64,000 bases of DNA from Octopus vulgaris (GCA_951406725.2 OX597827.1:67394001-67458000); one strand, 5' to 3'. Shown: positions 38,516 through 52,381, numbered from the stretch's first letter. Made by a program: numbers and translations. Notes: generated by a model from the letters alone, not told the origin.

Positions 38516-39222
38516 TTTTTATTTATTATAAACGTATGTGCATGTGCATGCGGGCGGGTGTGCGTGCGCGCGAGTTGTGGTTTGCGTGTGTGTGAGAGAG
38601 AGAGAGAGAGAAAGAGACTGGGAGAGAGTATGTGTGTGAGTTCGCGCACGTTACAAACCGCTGGCATAAATGTTTTAATGGGATGATGCCCGCTGACAAG
38701 AACATCTGCTCGCAACAGTAATGACGGTAACAGCCTCGGCTACAAAACAAACACGGCCTTGATTATTTTCAAACACGAAAATCGATTTTAAGCTAAAAAA
38801 AACAAACAATGAATAAAATTAAATAATCGATGTTTCCAATTAAACATTCGAGTTGACAAAACGGAACAGCGTTGCTAACATTAAGCCAAAGGCGAAAATA
38901 TATTACTGTTTCGAGCAGACTGTTGGTTGTTCTTATACACCGCAGGTCACAATGCGCTACTCCACATTGTTGAAGCGCTCGAATGATGTGACTCCGTTAG
39001 CTAGGTGTCCAGACCTATGGCGTATAACTCACCGAAATTATAGCACCTGTTCCTAAACAGGAGATCAACCTGTCTTAACGTTACTCATTTACGGCTGGGT
39101 AAAATAAAGCAAAATGAAATGAGTTTTGCTGAAGAACACAACGCACCTCCCGATCCGGGAATCGAAATCAGGATCTCAGAATCATGGGTGCATTACTCTA
39201 AGCACTTGTCCATGCGTCTTAT

Positions 39223-39598
39223 AAACAAGAGCATTCACAGAGCGCGAATCTCCGCCAAGGCAACACCAACGTCCTCTCAACGATTAGCCGGAGAGGACTT
39301 TTAGAATGAGAATATCTGAAATAAACTGGACTGCTCGCACAATGGAGAATACTAAAAATAAACTCGACTGCTCTCAAAAATTAAGAAAGAAAAAAAAGAA
39401 ACGGAAAAATAATCCAGATTGTTTGTCCGGTACCGGATCGGTCCCCAAATTTAATCAGTTCGTACCAGTCACGGGGGCAAACATCCTTGAAAGTTTCATT
39501 CGAATCCGTCCAGCGGTTCTTGAGATACCTTTTGCAAGGACAAAAAACAAACACGACTAAAAGCAATAACTCCGCCTTCGCTAAAGCGGGGGTAATAA
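39223..39598 (-). mobile_element. Non-autonomous Helentron-associated element (second copy)
   Basis: The reverse complement is colinear with 14678-15046. Confidence 0.6.
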
Positions 39599-39787
39599 TA
39601 CACTTAAGGACGGCACCTGCACCAGAATTTTCATTTGTTGGAAATGTTGAAAGTGATAAGAAGCAACTAAATATGACCCATCTCGAAAGAATAGAAACTG
39701 TATAGGTAAGGTATACGACGAAAGACAGTGATTAGTTGACAGTGAAGAAGATGTTCTGAGTGCGTGCGAGCGTGTGTGTATGTGTCT

Positions 39788-40445
39788 GTGCGTAACTGGT
39801 ACTTTTTTAATCGACCCCGAAAGGATGAAAGGCAAAATCGACCTCGGTGGAATTTGAACTCAGAACATAGCGGCAGACGAAATACCTATTTCTTTACTAC
39901 CCACAACGGGATAAAGACAGAAGGGACAAACAAGGACAGACAAACGGATTAAGTCGATTATATCGACCCCAGAGCGTAACTGGTACTTATTTAATCGAGC
40001 CCGAAAGGATGAAAGGCAAAGTCGACCTCTGCAGAATTTGAACTCAGACGGTAACGGCAGACGAAATACCGCTAAGCATTTCGCTCGGCCAGCACTCCGC
40101 GTTTTTAAAGATTCTTTTCTACACTAGACAGAACGCCCGAAATTTTCGGGGAGGGGGCGATCAGTCGATTATATCGACCCCAGTACGCAACTGGCATTTC
40201 ATTTATCGACCTTGAGCTGACGAAAGGCATAGACCCCTCGGCGGAATTCGAACTTAGAACGTAAAGATAGGCGAAACATTGCGAAGCATTTTGGCTCTGC
40301 GTGCTAACTCGTGAACCTAAAAGGCAAGAAGGTCAAAGTTGACCCCGGTGGAACTTGAACTCAGAACATAGAGTCGGAAGAAATGCTGCTAAACTATTTT
40401 TTTTATTTCTGATGCGGTAACTATTCTACAAGATCGCCGCCTTTG
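39788..40445 (-). mobile_element. Cluster of SINE family B copies
   Basis: Several head-to-tail and diverged copies. Confidence 0.75.
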
Positions 40446-41638
40446 TTAATCAATGCATGTTAGTACTAAAACGTGTTTTGAACCAACTTGTATATATACT
40501 ACCATACTACCTGCAGCCCAATATAACACCTGCTTAATATCTAATTGATAATCTGATCACGATACTCAAATAACTACAGTTAGATATTAGAAACAGTGGT
40601 TAAATCCAGAGGAATGCTTACTGGACTGGTAGATATATCTCTTCTTTGGTAAAGCAACTTGTCAAAAGAAAAATGGAAAAAGAAATAAAATGGTAACACT
40701 ATTAGAAGAGGTAGGTAGCTCTGTCAGAATGATAAACTATGACTCACAAATGGTTGTTACCCTTTCTCTGACGCACAGTAGAGATAAATGCAAGTCAGGG
40801 GGTTTTGAAATTATGAACCATTTCGCTTCAGTTTTGCTACATTATATTAACTACCATTAATCTCCATTACAGATTATACACAAGAGCAGAGTTATCTCTC
40901 CTCATTCCCTCTCTGTTTCTCACTCTCTTTTCACTCTTTATCTCTCTCTCCCTATATATATATATATATAATATATATATATTCACACACGTATAGGTAT
41001 CTGTTTCTGTGTGCCGTTGTTCTCTAAGTTAATGAATTATCGTAAACGTCTTACATCTCCATACGAAATTATTGCACAATTTCCATTTCCTGACAACCGA
41101 GCCGCTTTGTTCGTTCATGACAATTTCATTTCAAATATGTCATCCAAGGCTACTACAAACTTATCTATTTCCATTGGAAATTCGCTTAGGTACTTATGTA
41201 GCATTAAACGCATGAAGTACCAGCTTTCATCTTGTTCGTAAGCATCTATTTTATATCTCTAGTTTTTGTAGTTTATGCTTACGGTTTTTTAATGTATTTA
41301 TCTCTCATTTTTCATACATACACACACACGTACTCACACACATGTACACATACACACACACGCACACACACACATACACACATATATATATGTATGTATG
41401 TATGTATATATATATATATATGTATGTATGTATATATACATATATGTATGTATATATATATATGTATATATATATCTATATGTACATATATATATTTATA
41501 TATGTATATATATGTATATATATATATATATATTATATATGTATGTATATATATATATATATAGTGTGTGTGTGTATTTGTACGTGTATATATACTCACA
41601 CACGCATATATAAATACACTTATATGCATGTATATTAA

Positions 41639-41695
<57 letters not shown>

Positions 41696-42311
41696 GCATA
41701 TATATATATATATATACATATATATACATACGCGCATGTAAGTGTGTGCGTGTATCTATATATGCGCTCGCGTGTGTGTGTGTGTGTGTGTTTGTATCTA
41801 TTTACCTCTTCTGTGTATGTATATATATTCATCACATGTTTGTGCTCTGCTCGTTTTATCGCTCGCTATTTCTCAGTTGATGGTCTCCGTCATCATTTTA
41901 AATCTCAATATAACTAGCTTATTGCATGATTCCTTCTGTTTTTATTATATTTATATACATATTTTATTCACTGACTTTAGTTTCTATATCCTTCTGATCA
42001 TTATTCTTAGTTCTGTACATGTTCTTTATATATATATATATTACTTTTATTATATTTATATTTCCATGATAACTTCTCTTGAAACTATTATTGTTGTATT
42101 TGGGGACGGTCATGTTGCCAGTTTAGCCAATAAAAACACACGCACTATATATTTGGTGTTAATTTGCTTCAGCTTTATCTTATTTTTTACATTAAACGTA
42201 TTTCGGGCAGAGTTCTTTCGTCACACTTCTGTGGCCTCATCAGTGGTCCTTTGCTTTCTTCTTTCTTATTTGTGTGACTTTCCTTACTAAAACATTTCTA
42301 TTTTGTCCATA

Positions 42312-42744
42312 TATAGGAGTGGCTGTGTGGTAAGTAGCTTGCTTACGAGCCGCATGGTTCCGGGTTCAGTCCCAGTGCGTGACATCTTGTGCAAGTGTCT
42401 TCTACTATAGCCTTGGGCCGAGCAAATCCTTGTCGGTGGATTTGGTAGACGGAAACTGAAAGAAGCCCGTCGTATATATGTATGTATACATATGTGCGTG
42501 TATATGTTAATGTGACTGTGTTTACCCCCCCCCCCACACACACACACACACACACAACATCGCTTGACAACCGATGCTGGTGTGTTTACGTCCCCCGTAA
42601 CTTAGCGGTTCGGCAAAAGAGACCGACAGAATAAGTACTATGCTTACAAAGAATAAGCCCTGGGATCGATTTGCTCGACTAAAGGCGGTGCTCCAGCATG
42701 GCCAGAGTCAAATGGCTGAAACAAGTAAAAGAGGAAAAGAGTAA
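42312..42744 (+). mobile_element. SINE family A
   Basis: Colinear with 1113-1533. Confidence 0.88.
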
Positions 42745-42999
42745 ACTGATTTCTGGGTTTTTTTTTCTCCGTTGCGTTTTCACTCCGTTTTTTTCTCCGT
42801 TGCTTTTATTTGTTGTTTGTCGATTTGTATCTCGTGTAAATATTTATCTTGCAATCGTTACTGATATCACCTTTGTTGTTCGCAGGTTTTTTCTTTCTTG
42901 TCACTGTTTTAGTGTTTTTTTTTTATTTTCTCTTCTCATTGTTGTTGATAATGATGTAAATAGAGATAGTGTTCAATGATATTAACTGTAACATTCTTT

Positions 43000-43156
43000 T
43001 CTACTCTAGGCACAAGACCCGAAACTTTGGGTGTCGGGGGGGCAGTCGATTAGATCGTCCCCAGTACAAAGTCTACATCGGTGGAATTTGAAATCAGAAC
43101 GTAGCGACGGGCGAAATGCCGCTAAGCATTTCTTCCAGCGTGCTAACGATTCTGTC

Positions 43157-43198
<42 letters not shown>

Positions 43199-43579
43199 CA
43201 AAAAAATAAGTCTTTCTACTGAATGCACAAAGCATCATATTTGTTGGGAGGGGACTACTCGATTACATCCACTCCAGTGTTTCACTGGTACTTGACTTAT
43301 CGACTACGAAAGGATGAAAGGCAAAGTCGAGCTCGGCAGAATATGAATTCAGAATGTAAAGTCAGATGAAATACCTATTTCTTTACTACCCACAAGGGGC
43401 TAAACTTAGAGAGAACAAACAAGGACAGACAAACGGATCAAGTCGATTATATCGACCCCAGTGCATAACTGGTACTTAATTTATCGACCCCGAAAGGATG
43501 AAAGGCAAAGTCGACCTCGGCGTAATTTGAACTCAGAACGTAACGGTAGACGAAATACGGCTACGCATTTCGCCCGCGC

Positions 43580-43580
<1 letters not shown>
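43000..43580 (-). mobile_element. Cluster of SINE family B copies bounded by (AAT)n
   Basis: Core and tail motifs are repeated. Confidence 0.75.
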
Positions 43581-43635
<55 letters not shown>

Positions 43636-43638
43636 GGA

Positions 43639-44021
43639 GGAAGCACTCCGTCGGTTACAACGATGAGGGTTCCGGTTGATCCGAATCAACGGAACAGCCT
43701 GCTCGTGAAATTAACGTGTAAGTGGCTGAGCACTCCACAGACACGTGCACCCTTAACGTAGTTCTCGGGGATATTCAGCGTGACACAGAGAGTGACAAGG
43801 CCGGCCCTTTGAAATACAGGTACAACAGAAACAGGAAGTAAGAGTGAGAGAAAGTTGTGGTGAAAGAGTACAGCAGGGATCACCACCATCCCCTGTCGGA
43901 ACCACATGGAGCTTTAGGTGTTTTTGCTCAATAAACACTCACAACGCCCGGTCTGGGAATCGAAACCGCGATCCTATGACCGCGAGTCCGCTGCCCTAAC
44001 CACTGGGTCATTGCGCCTCCA
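43639..44021 (-). mobile_element. SINE family C
   Basis: Near-identical reverse copy inserted in (AAT)n. A deleted copy is at 20432-20606. Confidence 0.9.
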
Positions 44022-44275
44022 ATAATAATGATAATAATAATACAAGTAGCTGTGTATATCTTTTATCCTTCATTGTTTTTGTTTGTTTCTGTCATTCGAC
44101 TGCAATAATCCTTGAGCATTTCTTTGAAGTGTTTTTTTACACCACCGTTTATTGTTCTCTTTGTAAGTCTGTTAGTTCTTGTCTACGTCTCTTTTTAAGA
44201 AATTCGAAGCTGCAGAGGCGCAAACAAATCAATTCTCATTGTCAATCGATGTGAAGAACAACCAGAGAGGGAATG

Positions 44276-44353
<78 letters not shown>

Positions 44354-44820
44354 TGACACATATATATGGAAAGACGTTTTCATTTTCCTGGTCGTCAAAC
44401 TAATACACCTTTTTGTTGTTCATACCCTTGTCTTCATCTTTTGCTTGTCTATGAATTTCAACTATATGTACATATATGTACTTATATCTATACACATACA
44501 CACATACAAACACACACACGCATAAACTCAAACACACATACGAAGAACCTCCATACAGTTTCAGTCCGCCAAACTAATTAAAAAGTATTGGGTGGTCAAG
44601 TGAGATAATAAAAGTCATTTGACCAATGTGCTCTGCTACAAGACTGAAGTCGAAACACGTGCTCGCAATGCGACTTTTTTTAATCACACATCTATGTCTA
44701 CACGTTACACAAACGTTGCATAATATTAGTTTCAAATTTTAGCACAAAGCCAGCAATTTGGGGCTAGGAGATTAAGTCGATTTCATCAACTACACTTTTC
44801 AACTGATACTTATTCATCGA

Positions 44821-45212
44821 AGGGTGGCGAGCTGGCAGAAACGTTAGCACGCCGGGCGAAATGCTTAGCGGTATTTCGACTGCCGTTACGTTCTGAGTTC
44901 AAATTGCGCCGGGGTCGATAAATTAAGTACCAGTTACGCACTGAAGTCGACATAATCGACTTCATCCGTCTGTCTGTCCTTGTTTGTCTCCTCTGTGTTT
45001 AGCCCCCTGTGGGTAGTAAAGAAATAGGTATTTCGTCTGCCGCTATGTTCTGAGTTCAAATTCCGCCGAGGTCGAATTTGCCTTTCATCCTTTCGGGGTC
45101 TCTTAAATAAGTACCAGTTACGCACTGGGGTCGATATAATCGACTTAATCCATTTCTCTGTCCTTGTTTGTCCTCTCTGTGTTTAGCCCCTTGTGAGTAG
45201 TAAAGAAATAGG
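44821..45212 (+). mobile_element. SINE family B dimer with a 14-bp TSD, nested in an older antisense family B copy
   Basis: TACTTATTCATCGA at 44807-44820 and 45213-45226. Confidence 0.88.
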
Positions 45213-45839
45213 TACTTATTCATCGATAAGAAAGCGATGAAAGGCAAAGTCTACCTGCGCAGAATTTGAACTCAGAACGTTTTAGTTCGAGAGCGCTGGT
45301 TTATTGCGTTCATTTGACGCGTGTTAGGTTAACAGTCAATAGTTGAAGGGTGAATATCGTAATATCGTACCAACGTTCGAGCAGTGCGGAGTGCGTTCTA
45401 CAATAGGTTATTTTTAGTTAAACACAGCCAACTATTTATTTGTGTTCTACCATTTTACACCAGACGTGTATAAGCGCGTCATAACAGAACTTAAAGATGA
45501 ATGAAATGCCGCCGAGTATTTAACCTGTTCACTGCCCTGCCATCGCATAATATTAACGGCTTTTTATTAATTTAACATTCTAAATTCATCTCTTTTCATT
45601 TCGACGATATCTTTTTCAATGATTAGATCTCATGTGGTGTTCGTGTCTCTGCATACCACAGACGAATACAGTCCATCCGATGCGATTTTAAACAGTTGCT
45701 GTCTATTCAATATCACCTAAAAAGAGTTGGACTGATCCAAGGCTGTTGTCAAACAGAGTTACACAAGAAGCTCTATTGGTGGAATCAAATCCGGATCTCA
45801 TGCTTGCAAAGCGAACTTACTAATCATTTGACTAATCTT

Positions 45840-46194
45840 TTTTTACCCAAGGCATAAGGCCCGAAATTTTGCGGGAGTGGACAAGTCGATTAGATCGACC
45901 CCAGAACGCAACTGGTACTTAATTTATCGACCCGGAAATGATGAAAGGCAAAGACGACCTCGGTGAGCTGGCACAATCGTTAGCAGGCCGGGCGAACTGC
46001 CGAGCGGTATTTCGTCTGCAGTTACGTTCTGGGTTCAAATTCCGCCGAGGTCGACTTTGCCTTTCATCCTTTCGGGGTCGATAAATTAAGTACCAGTTAC
46101 GCACTGGGGTCGATGTAATCGACTTAATACCTATGTCTGTCCTTGTCTGTCCTCTCTGTGTTTAGCCTCTTGTGGGTAGTAAAGAAATAGGTAT
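45840..46194. mobile_element. Head-to-head SINE family B pair (minus fragment fused to plus copy)
   Basis: The minus core at 45840-45960 joins directly to the CGGTGAGCTGGCA head at 45961. Confidence 0.75.
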
Positions 46195-46984
46195 CCGCCT
46201 GAATAATTTATCCCTCCGAACAAACTTATATATACCCTTCGGGGTCCATTAACCATGTGCAACCGAAGGTAATGAATAAGCCGAGATGTAAGAAGCTTGG
46301 ACTGGAGGATTTGCGAAATTTGTTTTGGCTGTTTTTGTTCCAATTTCAAATCTCACCTTATCCAAGTTGCGTGATAGATTTAACCCATCATTCTGTTTAG
46401 CGTCACACCTGACCCCTTCGAAGCCTTTAGTGCAATGCACACTTTCTACGAGCATTGGGGACGAGTCTTGTACTTAAATACACTATACGCTCAACGCTCA
46501 CTCCCACTAGCGCCGGAGACCCCCGACGAAGGTCATCATGTGCATTGATTTAGTTCTTCCTGACTAAAAGATTTTAAAAGTTAATATAACAGAACAGGAA
46601 AAACCAAACCACTTTAGTTAAATACAGAATACGATGTCGTGTAATACGGGATAGGACAAGTCTATTGGAGTTCAACGTTGTTTAATTCGGTAGAAAGCAG
46701 AATAGTATTTTGTTTGGCGTAGTTCCACCACTTCCATGCATCTAGTAGATATTACTTATTACTTTCGATGCCTCAAGGCCGCAAACATATGCAAAAATTC
46801 CATTGTTTCCATATTAGATTGATTATTTCTTTCGTTCAGATGGATTTAGCTTGTTTGTCTTACACCACATGATGTTTTAAACGTTGCCAAACAAGTTCTG
46901 CAACAAAGATTCAGCTGGCATCGAGATAAATGTCACAACTTTTGCTGCTTTGTGTTGTTATTGCTGCTGCTGCTGCTGTTGTTG

Positions 46985-47016
<32 letters not shown>

Positions 47017-47218
47017 GGTGGTGGTGGTGGTGTCTTTGTCTTTGTGCTCGTTGCCGTTGTCTTCATTGTTGTTGTCGTCGTTGTCGTCGATGTTAGTTTA
47101 ACATTTCTGCTTCTTTGGTTACATCAATTGTTGATATTTTGCTTATTATTGTTGTTGTTGAGTAACCTATGTCAACATTGAATGAATGAATGAAAGAGAG
47201 ACAGAGACAGAGAGACAA

Positions 47219-47249
<31 letters not shown>

Positions 47250-48326
47250 CAGAGACAGAGAGACAGAGACAGAGAGACAAAGAGAGACAGACAGAGAATG
47301 GGAGTAAGAAATAAGCAATCGATGGAATAGATTGAGAGGGTGTGAAAGAGACTAACAAAAACAAGTAGCAGAAGAGATTAGCTATCTTCTTCAACAACAT
47401 CAATTATCACAGAATTAGTCAAATAATTCATTGATATCAACTGAAGTGTTTTCATTCAATACAAGGACGGGGAAAATGTCCGCCATAGCTGTTTACCTGT
47501 TCTTCGAAAATACTTTTATTTACTAACAAATAAAAGCTATTCTACGTGATCGCTCGACAAGAAAGTCATGAGAGCGACGGACAGAACTTCTTGCAGCATT
47601 CGTTCTATTTCTGACGATGTAAAGACATTTAAGGTACTTCAACCAATTCAAATTAGAGGAGGTGAGTGGCTTAGTGGTTAGGGGGTGTTAGACTCATGAT
47701 CGTATGGTTGTGGTTTCGAATTCAGAGCCGGGTGGAGCATTGTGTTTTTGATCAAAACACTTCATTTTACGTCGCTCCAGAGCATTCGGTTGGCAAGAAG
47801 GAGTAATCTAATGACGGACCGACGTTCTGTCCAAGTGGGGGAATTTAATCACCATGGGAACCGGAAACCGGCCCTTATGACTTAGGGTGGCACGTGAAGT
47901 TCACTTTACCATATTTTACCAATTGAAGTTAGTACACAGTAATCTGAAATTGATTAAATATTACATCCTCACCCCCGCCCTGATGCCGAGGCTCCGGCAG
48001 GGGGTAGTGGCAACCCCTGTTGTACTCTTTCACCCCAACTTTCTCTCACTCTCTCTCTTCCTGCGATGGACTGGCGTCCTTTCCAGCTGGAGGGAACATA
48101 TACCCCACAGAAACCGGGAAACAGGGCCCATGAGCCTGGCTAGACTTGATAAAGGGCGCATAAATAAATGATAATGTATCTGAAATAGAGTAGCAATGCA
48201 GTGGAGCACATCAATGGATATCTTGACGTATCGAGAATATATAAATGTACATCCTAAGTTTCAGAAAACCTTCACAACTGTTTTAGTGGTCCTCCCACGA
48301 AGATGGTCGATATCGGCCATGCTGGT

Positions 48327-48741
48327 CGGCGAGCTGGCAGAAACGTTAGCACGCCGGGCGAAATGCTTAGCGTTATTTCGTCTACCGTTACGTTCTGAGT
48401 TCAAATTCAGCCGAGGTCGACTTTGCCTTTCATCCTTTCGGGGTCGATAAATTAAGTACCAGTTACGCACTGGGGTCGATGTAATCGACTTAATACCTAT
48501 GTCTGTCCTTGTTTGTCCGCTCTGTGTTTAGCCCCTTGTGGGTAATAAAGAAATAGGTATTTCGTCTACCGTTACGTTCTGAGTTCAAATTCCGCCGAGG
48601 TCGACTTTGCCTTTCATCCTTTCAGGGTCGATAAATTAAGAACCAGTTACGCACTGGGATCGATATAATCGACTTAATACCTTTGTATGTCCTTGTTTGT
48701 CTCCTCTGTGTTTAGCCCCTTATGGGTAATAAAGAAATAAG
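48327..48741 (+). mobile_element. SINE family B dimer (184-bp period)
   Basis: TATTTCGTCTACCGTTACG at 48374 and 48558. Confidence 0.85.
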
Positions 48742-48764
48742 ATGTCTGCAAAAATGTGACATAC

Positions 48765-48914
48765 ATAGGCGCAGGAGTGGCTGCGTGGTAAGGTGCTTGC
48801 TAACCAACCACATCGTTCCGGGTTCAGTCCCACTGCGTGGCATCTTGGGCAAGTATCTTCTGCAATGCCTTGTGAGTGGATTTGGTAGACGGAAACTGAA
48901 AGAAGCCTGTCGTA

Positions 48915-48958
<44 letters not shown>

Positions 48959-49177
48959 TGTTTTGTGTATATGTTTGTGTGTCTGTGTTTGTCCCCCTAG
49001 CATTGCTTGACAACCGATGCTGGTGTGGTTACGTCCCCGTCACTTAGCGGTTCGGCAAAAGAGACCGATAGAATAAGTACTGGGCTTACAAAAAGAATAA
49101 GTCCCGGGGTCGATTTGCTCGACTAAAGGCGGTGCTCCAACATGGCCGCAGTCAAATGACTGAAACAAGTAAAATAG
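48765..49177 (+). mobile_element. SINE family A
   Basis: Colinear with 1113-1533. Confidence 0.88.
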
Positions 49178-49672
49178 TATACATACTTGTGTTTCACAGA
49201 AATATCACTAATACAACGAAAGAAACAATAGTTTTGTTTTCTCCATTTTTAAACCTAACGCAAATTCTTTCTTTGCTTATCCTTCGTGAAATTTCTATGT
49301 GAAGTACATCATCGTATTACTCGATTAAAGTACATTTTCCACTTTAAAGAGATAGCGTGTGATTTAAAGAAAATGCGGCTGTTAATTCTAGCTTGCCGAA
49401 TGACTATGTAAAAGGCCCTCTTCTTGGCACGTACTTTTCAGCACCTCGGAAGATTCTGACGTTTGCGTGCTGTCTGTAGCAAATCATATGCCTTTCCGTC
49501 TTCCATTTCCAACTACCAGGTGAGCTGTCCATTATCAACCTGGCGGATGATCAGTATTTTAATTAGGAATGACCTCACGATCGTTGCAAGCCTTTATTGT
49601 ACACACGCACATAATCTCACAAATACACACACGCAAACACGCAACAGACACAAACAGATGCACACACACACG

Positions 49673-49720
<48 letters not shown>

Positions 49721-50182
49721 TATATATATATATATATTTATATACACATATATGAACCCCTCCCACAGACACACACACACAGGTGTACACATATACGCAT
49801 ACGTATATATATATATATATGAACACACACACACTCACACAAGCATACATTCTAATATACAATATATACATAATAATAATGATGATGATGATGGTAATTT
49901 CTTAAGTAACCAAAAGATGGATTTGGTATTAATCTTTATTCTGTACAACGGTCGTTTCATCCCATCCTGCTAATGTCCCTTAAAGGTGGGACTCCGTTCA
50001 ACATATTGTGTTACATTAATTTTGCATTCTGGGTCTCATCAGGTACATCCATACGTAAAGTCATGTCTTGCTAAAGATCCCGAGTTATGCCCGTCTGGTT
50101 AGGGAATGAAAGATTGCTAGAATTTGGAATAACTATTATCTTACTATAAGAATTGCAAAATAGTTGTAAATATAGGCAAATG

Positions 50183-50413
50183 ACTCTTTTACTCTTTTAC
50201 TCTTTTACTTGTTTCAGTCATTTGTCTGCGGCCATGCTGGAGCACCGCCTTTAGTCGAGCAACTCGACCCCGGGACTTATTCTTTTGTAAGCCCAGTACT
50301 TATTCTATCGGTCTCTTTTGCCGAACCGCTAAGTACCGGAGACATAAACACACCAGCATCGGTTGTCAAGCAATGCTAGGGGGACAAACACAGACACACA
50401 AACACACACACGC

Positions 50414-50446
<33 letters not shown>

Positions 50447-50606
50447 CGACAGGCTTCTTTCAGTTTCCGTCTACCAAATCCACTCACAAGGCTTTGGTCG
50501 GCCCGAGGCTATAGTAGAAGACACTTGCCCAAGGTGCCACGCAGTGGGACTGAACCCGGAACCATGTGGTTGGTTAGCAAGCTACTTACCACACAGCCAC
50601 TCCTGC
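50183..50606 (-). mobile_element. SINE family A
   Basis: The reverse complement is colinear, and the (GAGTAAAA)3 tail is visible as (TTTTACTC)n. Confidence 0.88.
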
Positions 50607-51237
50607 TGTTGATTAAACAAAAATGTAGGGGAAGTGAATCGAAGGACGGGAATGGACCGAGTTACATTGGGTATAAAGGAAAGAAGTTGGACTAGGATGC
50701 ATGCTACAATGTCAGGGGAAGAAAGATTGTTTAGCTAGCTAGCTTAGGTCGGGATGTATATACATACATTTGCACACACGCACCGCTACATGCACACGCA
50801 AAAATGACGTTGGTCCTCCCACCAAGATGGTCGATATCGGCCGTTGTTCGTGAAATTTATGATTGTCAGATAATCTCACCATTAGCCTGACATCACAGTT
50901 ACCGCAAGACAAGGGCAGCATGCAGGCAGTCTGACTCGTACCACATCTACATCACCGAGTGTGAATCACACACTCCTACGCCTATATACTCATATACACA
51001 TGCAGACATACTCACACATACATATATACATATTAATACACATACATATACATACAAATACACACATATATATTTATATATATATATGTATATATATATA
51101 TGTATATCTATATCTATCTATATATATACATATATATATAAATATATATATATATATATGTGTGTATGTGTATCTATATATATATATAAATATATATATG
51201 TGTGTATGTATATGTATATATATATATATGTATATAT

Positions 51238-51737
51238 AATAATAAATATTAGGGAATAAATCCAAACTTACAGGGAAAAATCAAATTTAGGATTGAATCC
51301 AATTTTATAGTAAAATATTATATTATATTAAATTAGAGATAAAACCACTATTAGGCAAATCATACAATGAAAAACTTAAGCCAATACATAAGATTTTTTA
51401 TTTATATTATTTAAATATATAACAAAATTATTAAAAATATATAATTAATATAACACTACGATCGTTTCATGGCTGTTAATTTCTTTCAATTTTCGAGTTA
51501 CAGTCATTCATCAGGTGGTTTAAATATTTAACTTGGCGAAACCACCTGATGAATGACTGTAACTCGAAAATTGAAAGAAATTAACAGCCATGAAACGATC
51601 GTAGTGTTATATTAATTATATTTTTTAATAATTTTGTTATATATTTAAATAATATAAATTAAATAATCTTATGTATTGGCTTAAGTTTTTCATTGTATGA
51701 TTTGCCTAATAGTGGTTTTATCTCTAATTTAATATAA
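51238..51737. mobile_element. Fold-back PLE-like insert in (TA)n
   Basis: Arms 51323-51521 and 51539-51737 (about 200 bp) with a 17-bp spacer. The left arm extends to the family 3' terminus. Confidence 0.78.
51541..51608 (+). ncRNA. Type I hammerhead motif with canonical core (mirror on minus at about 51452-51519)
   Basis: acCAC CTGATGA ATGACTGT...ACAGCCAT GAAA C-GATC-G TA GTGtt: canonical CUGAUGA/GAAA/GUA core, palindromic stem III ACGATCGT, long stem II. Confidence 0.8.
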
Positions 51738-51738
51738 C

Positions 51739-51783
<45 letters not shown>

Positions 51784-52060
51784 GTATCTATTTTTTACCA
51801 ACTACATTTTGGGGCGAATGCTGCTATTGTTTAGCCCCAGGAGACATCGTCCCCAGCTCGCTATATGACACGCGATCTGTATCCTTATATTTTCGAACAC
51901 GGGAGGTTAGCACCCCTACCCAGCACAAAACAGAATTTGTGGACCATATAGTTTCAAGGTTATTTCCCTTCGTCGGCACAGAATACCTCTTCGGATGAGA
52001 TGGCGATCCTAAACTACCGTTCGAAAATATATATGTAATGGTGCGGGGACAAATACAGAT

Positions 52061-52122
<62 letters not shown>

Positions 52123-52138
52123 GTGTGTTTTGTATATA

Positions 52139-52299
52139 TGTATACGACGCGCTTCCTTCAGTTTCCGTCTACCAAATGCACAAGGGATTGGTTGACCCGA
52201 GGCTATAGTAAAAGACACCCAAAATGCCAGACAGTGGCACTGAATCCGGTTCCATTTTGCTGGTAAGCAAGCTACTTACTACACAGCCACGCCTGCGCA
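52139..52299 (-). mobile_element. SINE family A, 5' half
   Basis: Head and body up to the internal microsatellite. Confidence 0.75.
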
Positions 52300-52339
52300 T
52301 ACATATATACAACATAACATATATATGTATATTATATGT

Positions 52340-52381
<42 letters not shown>

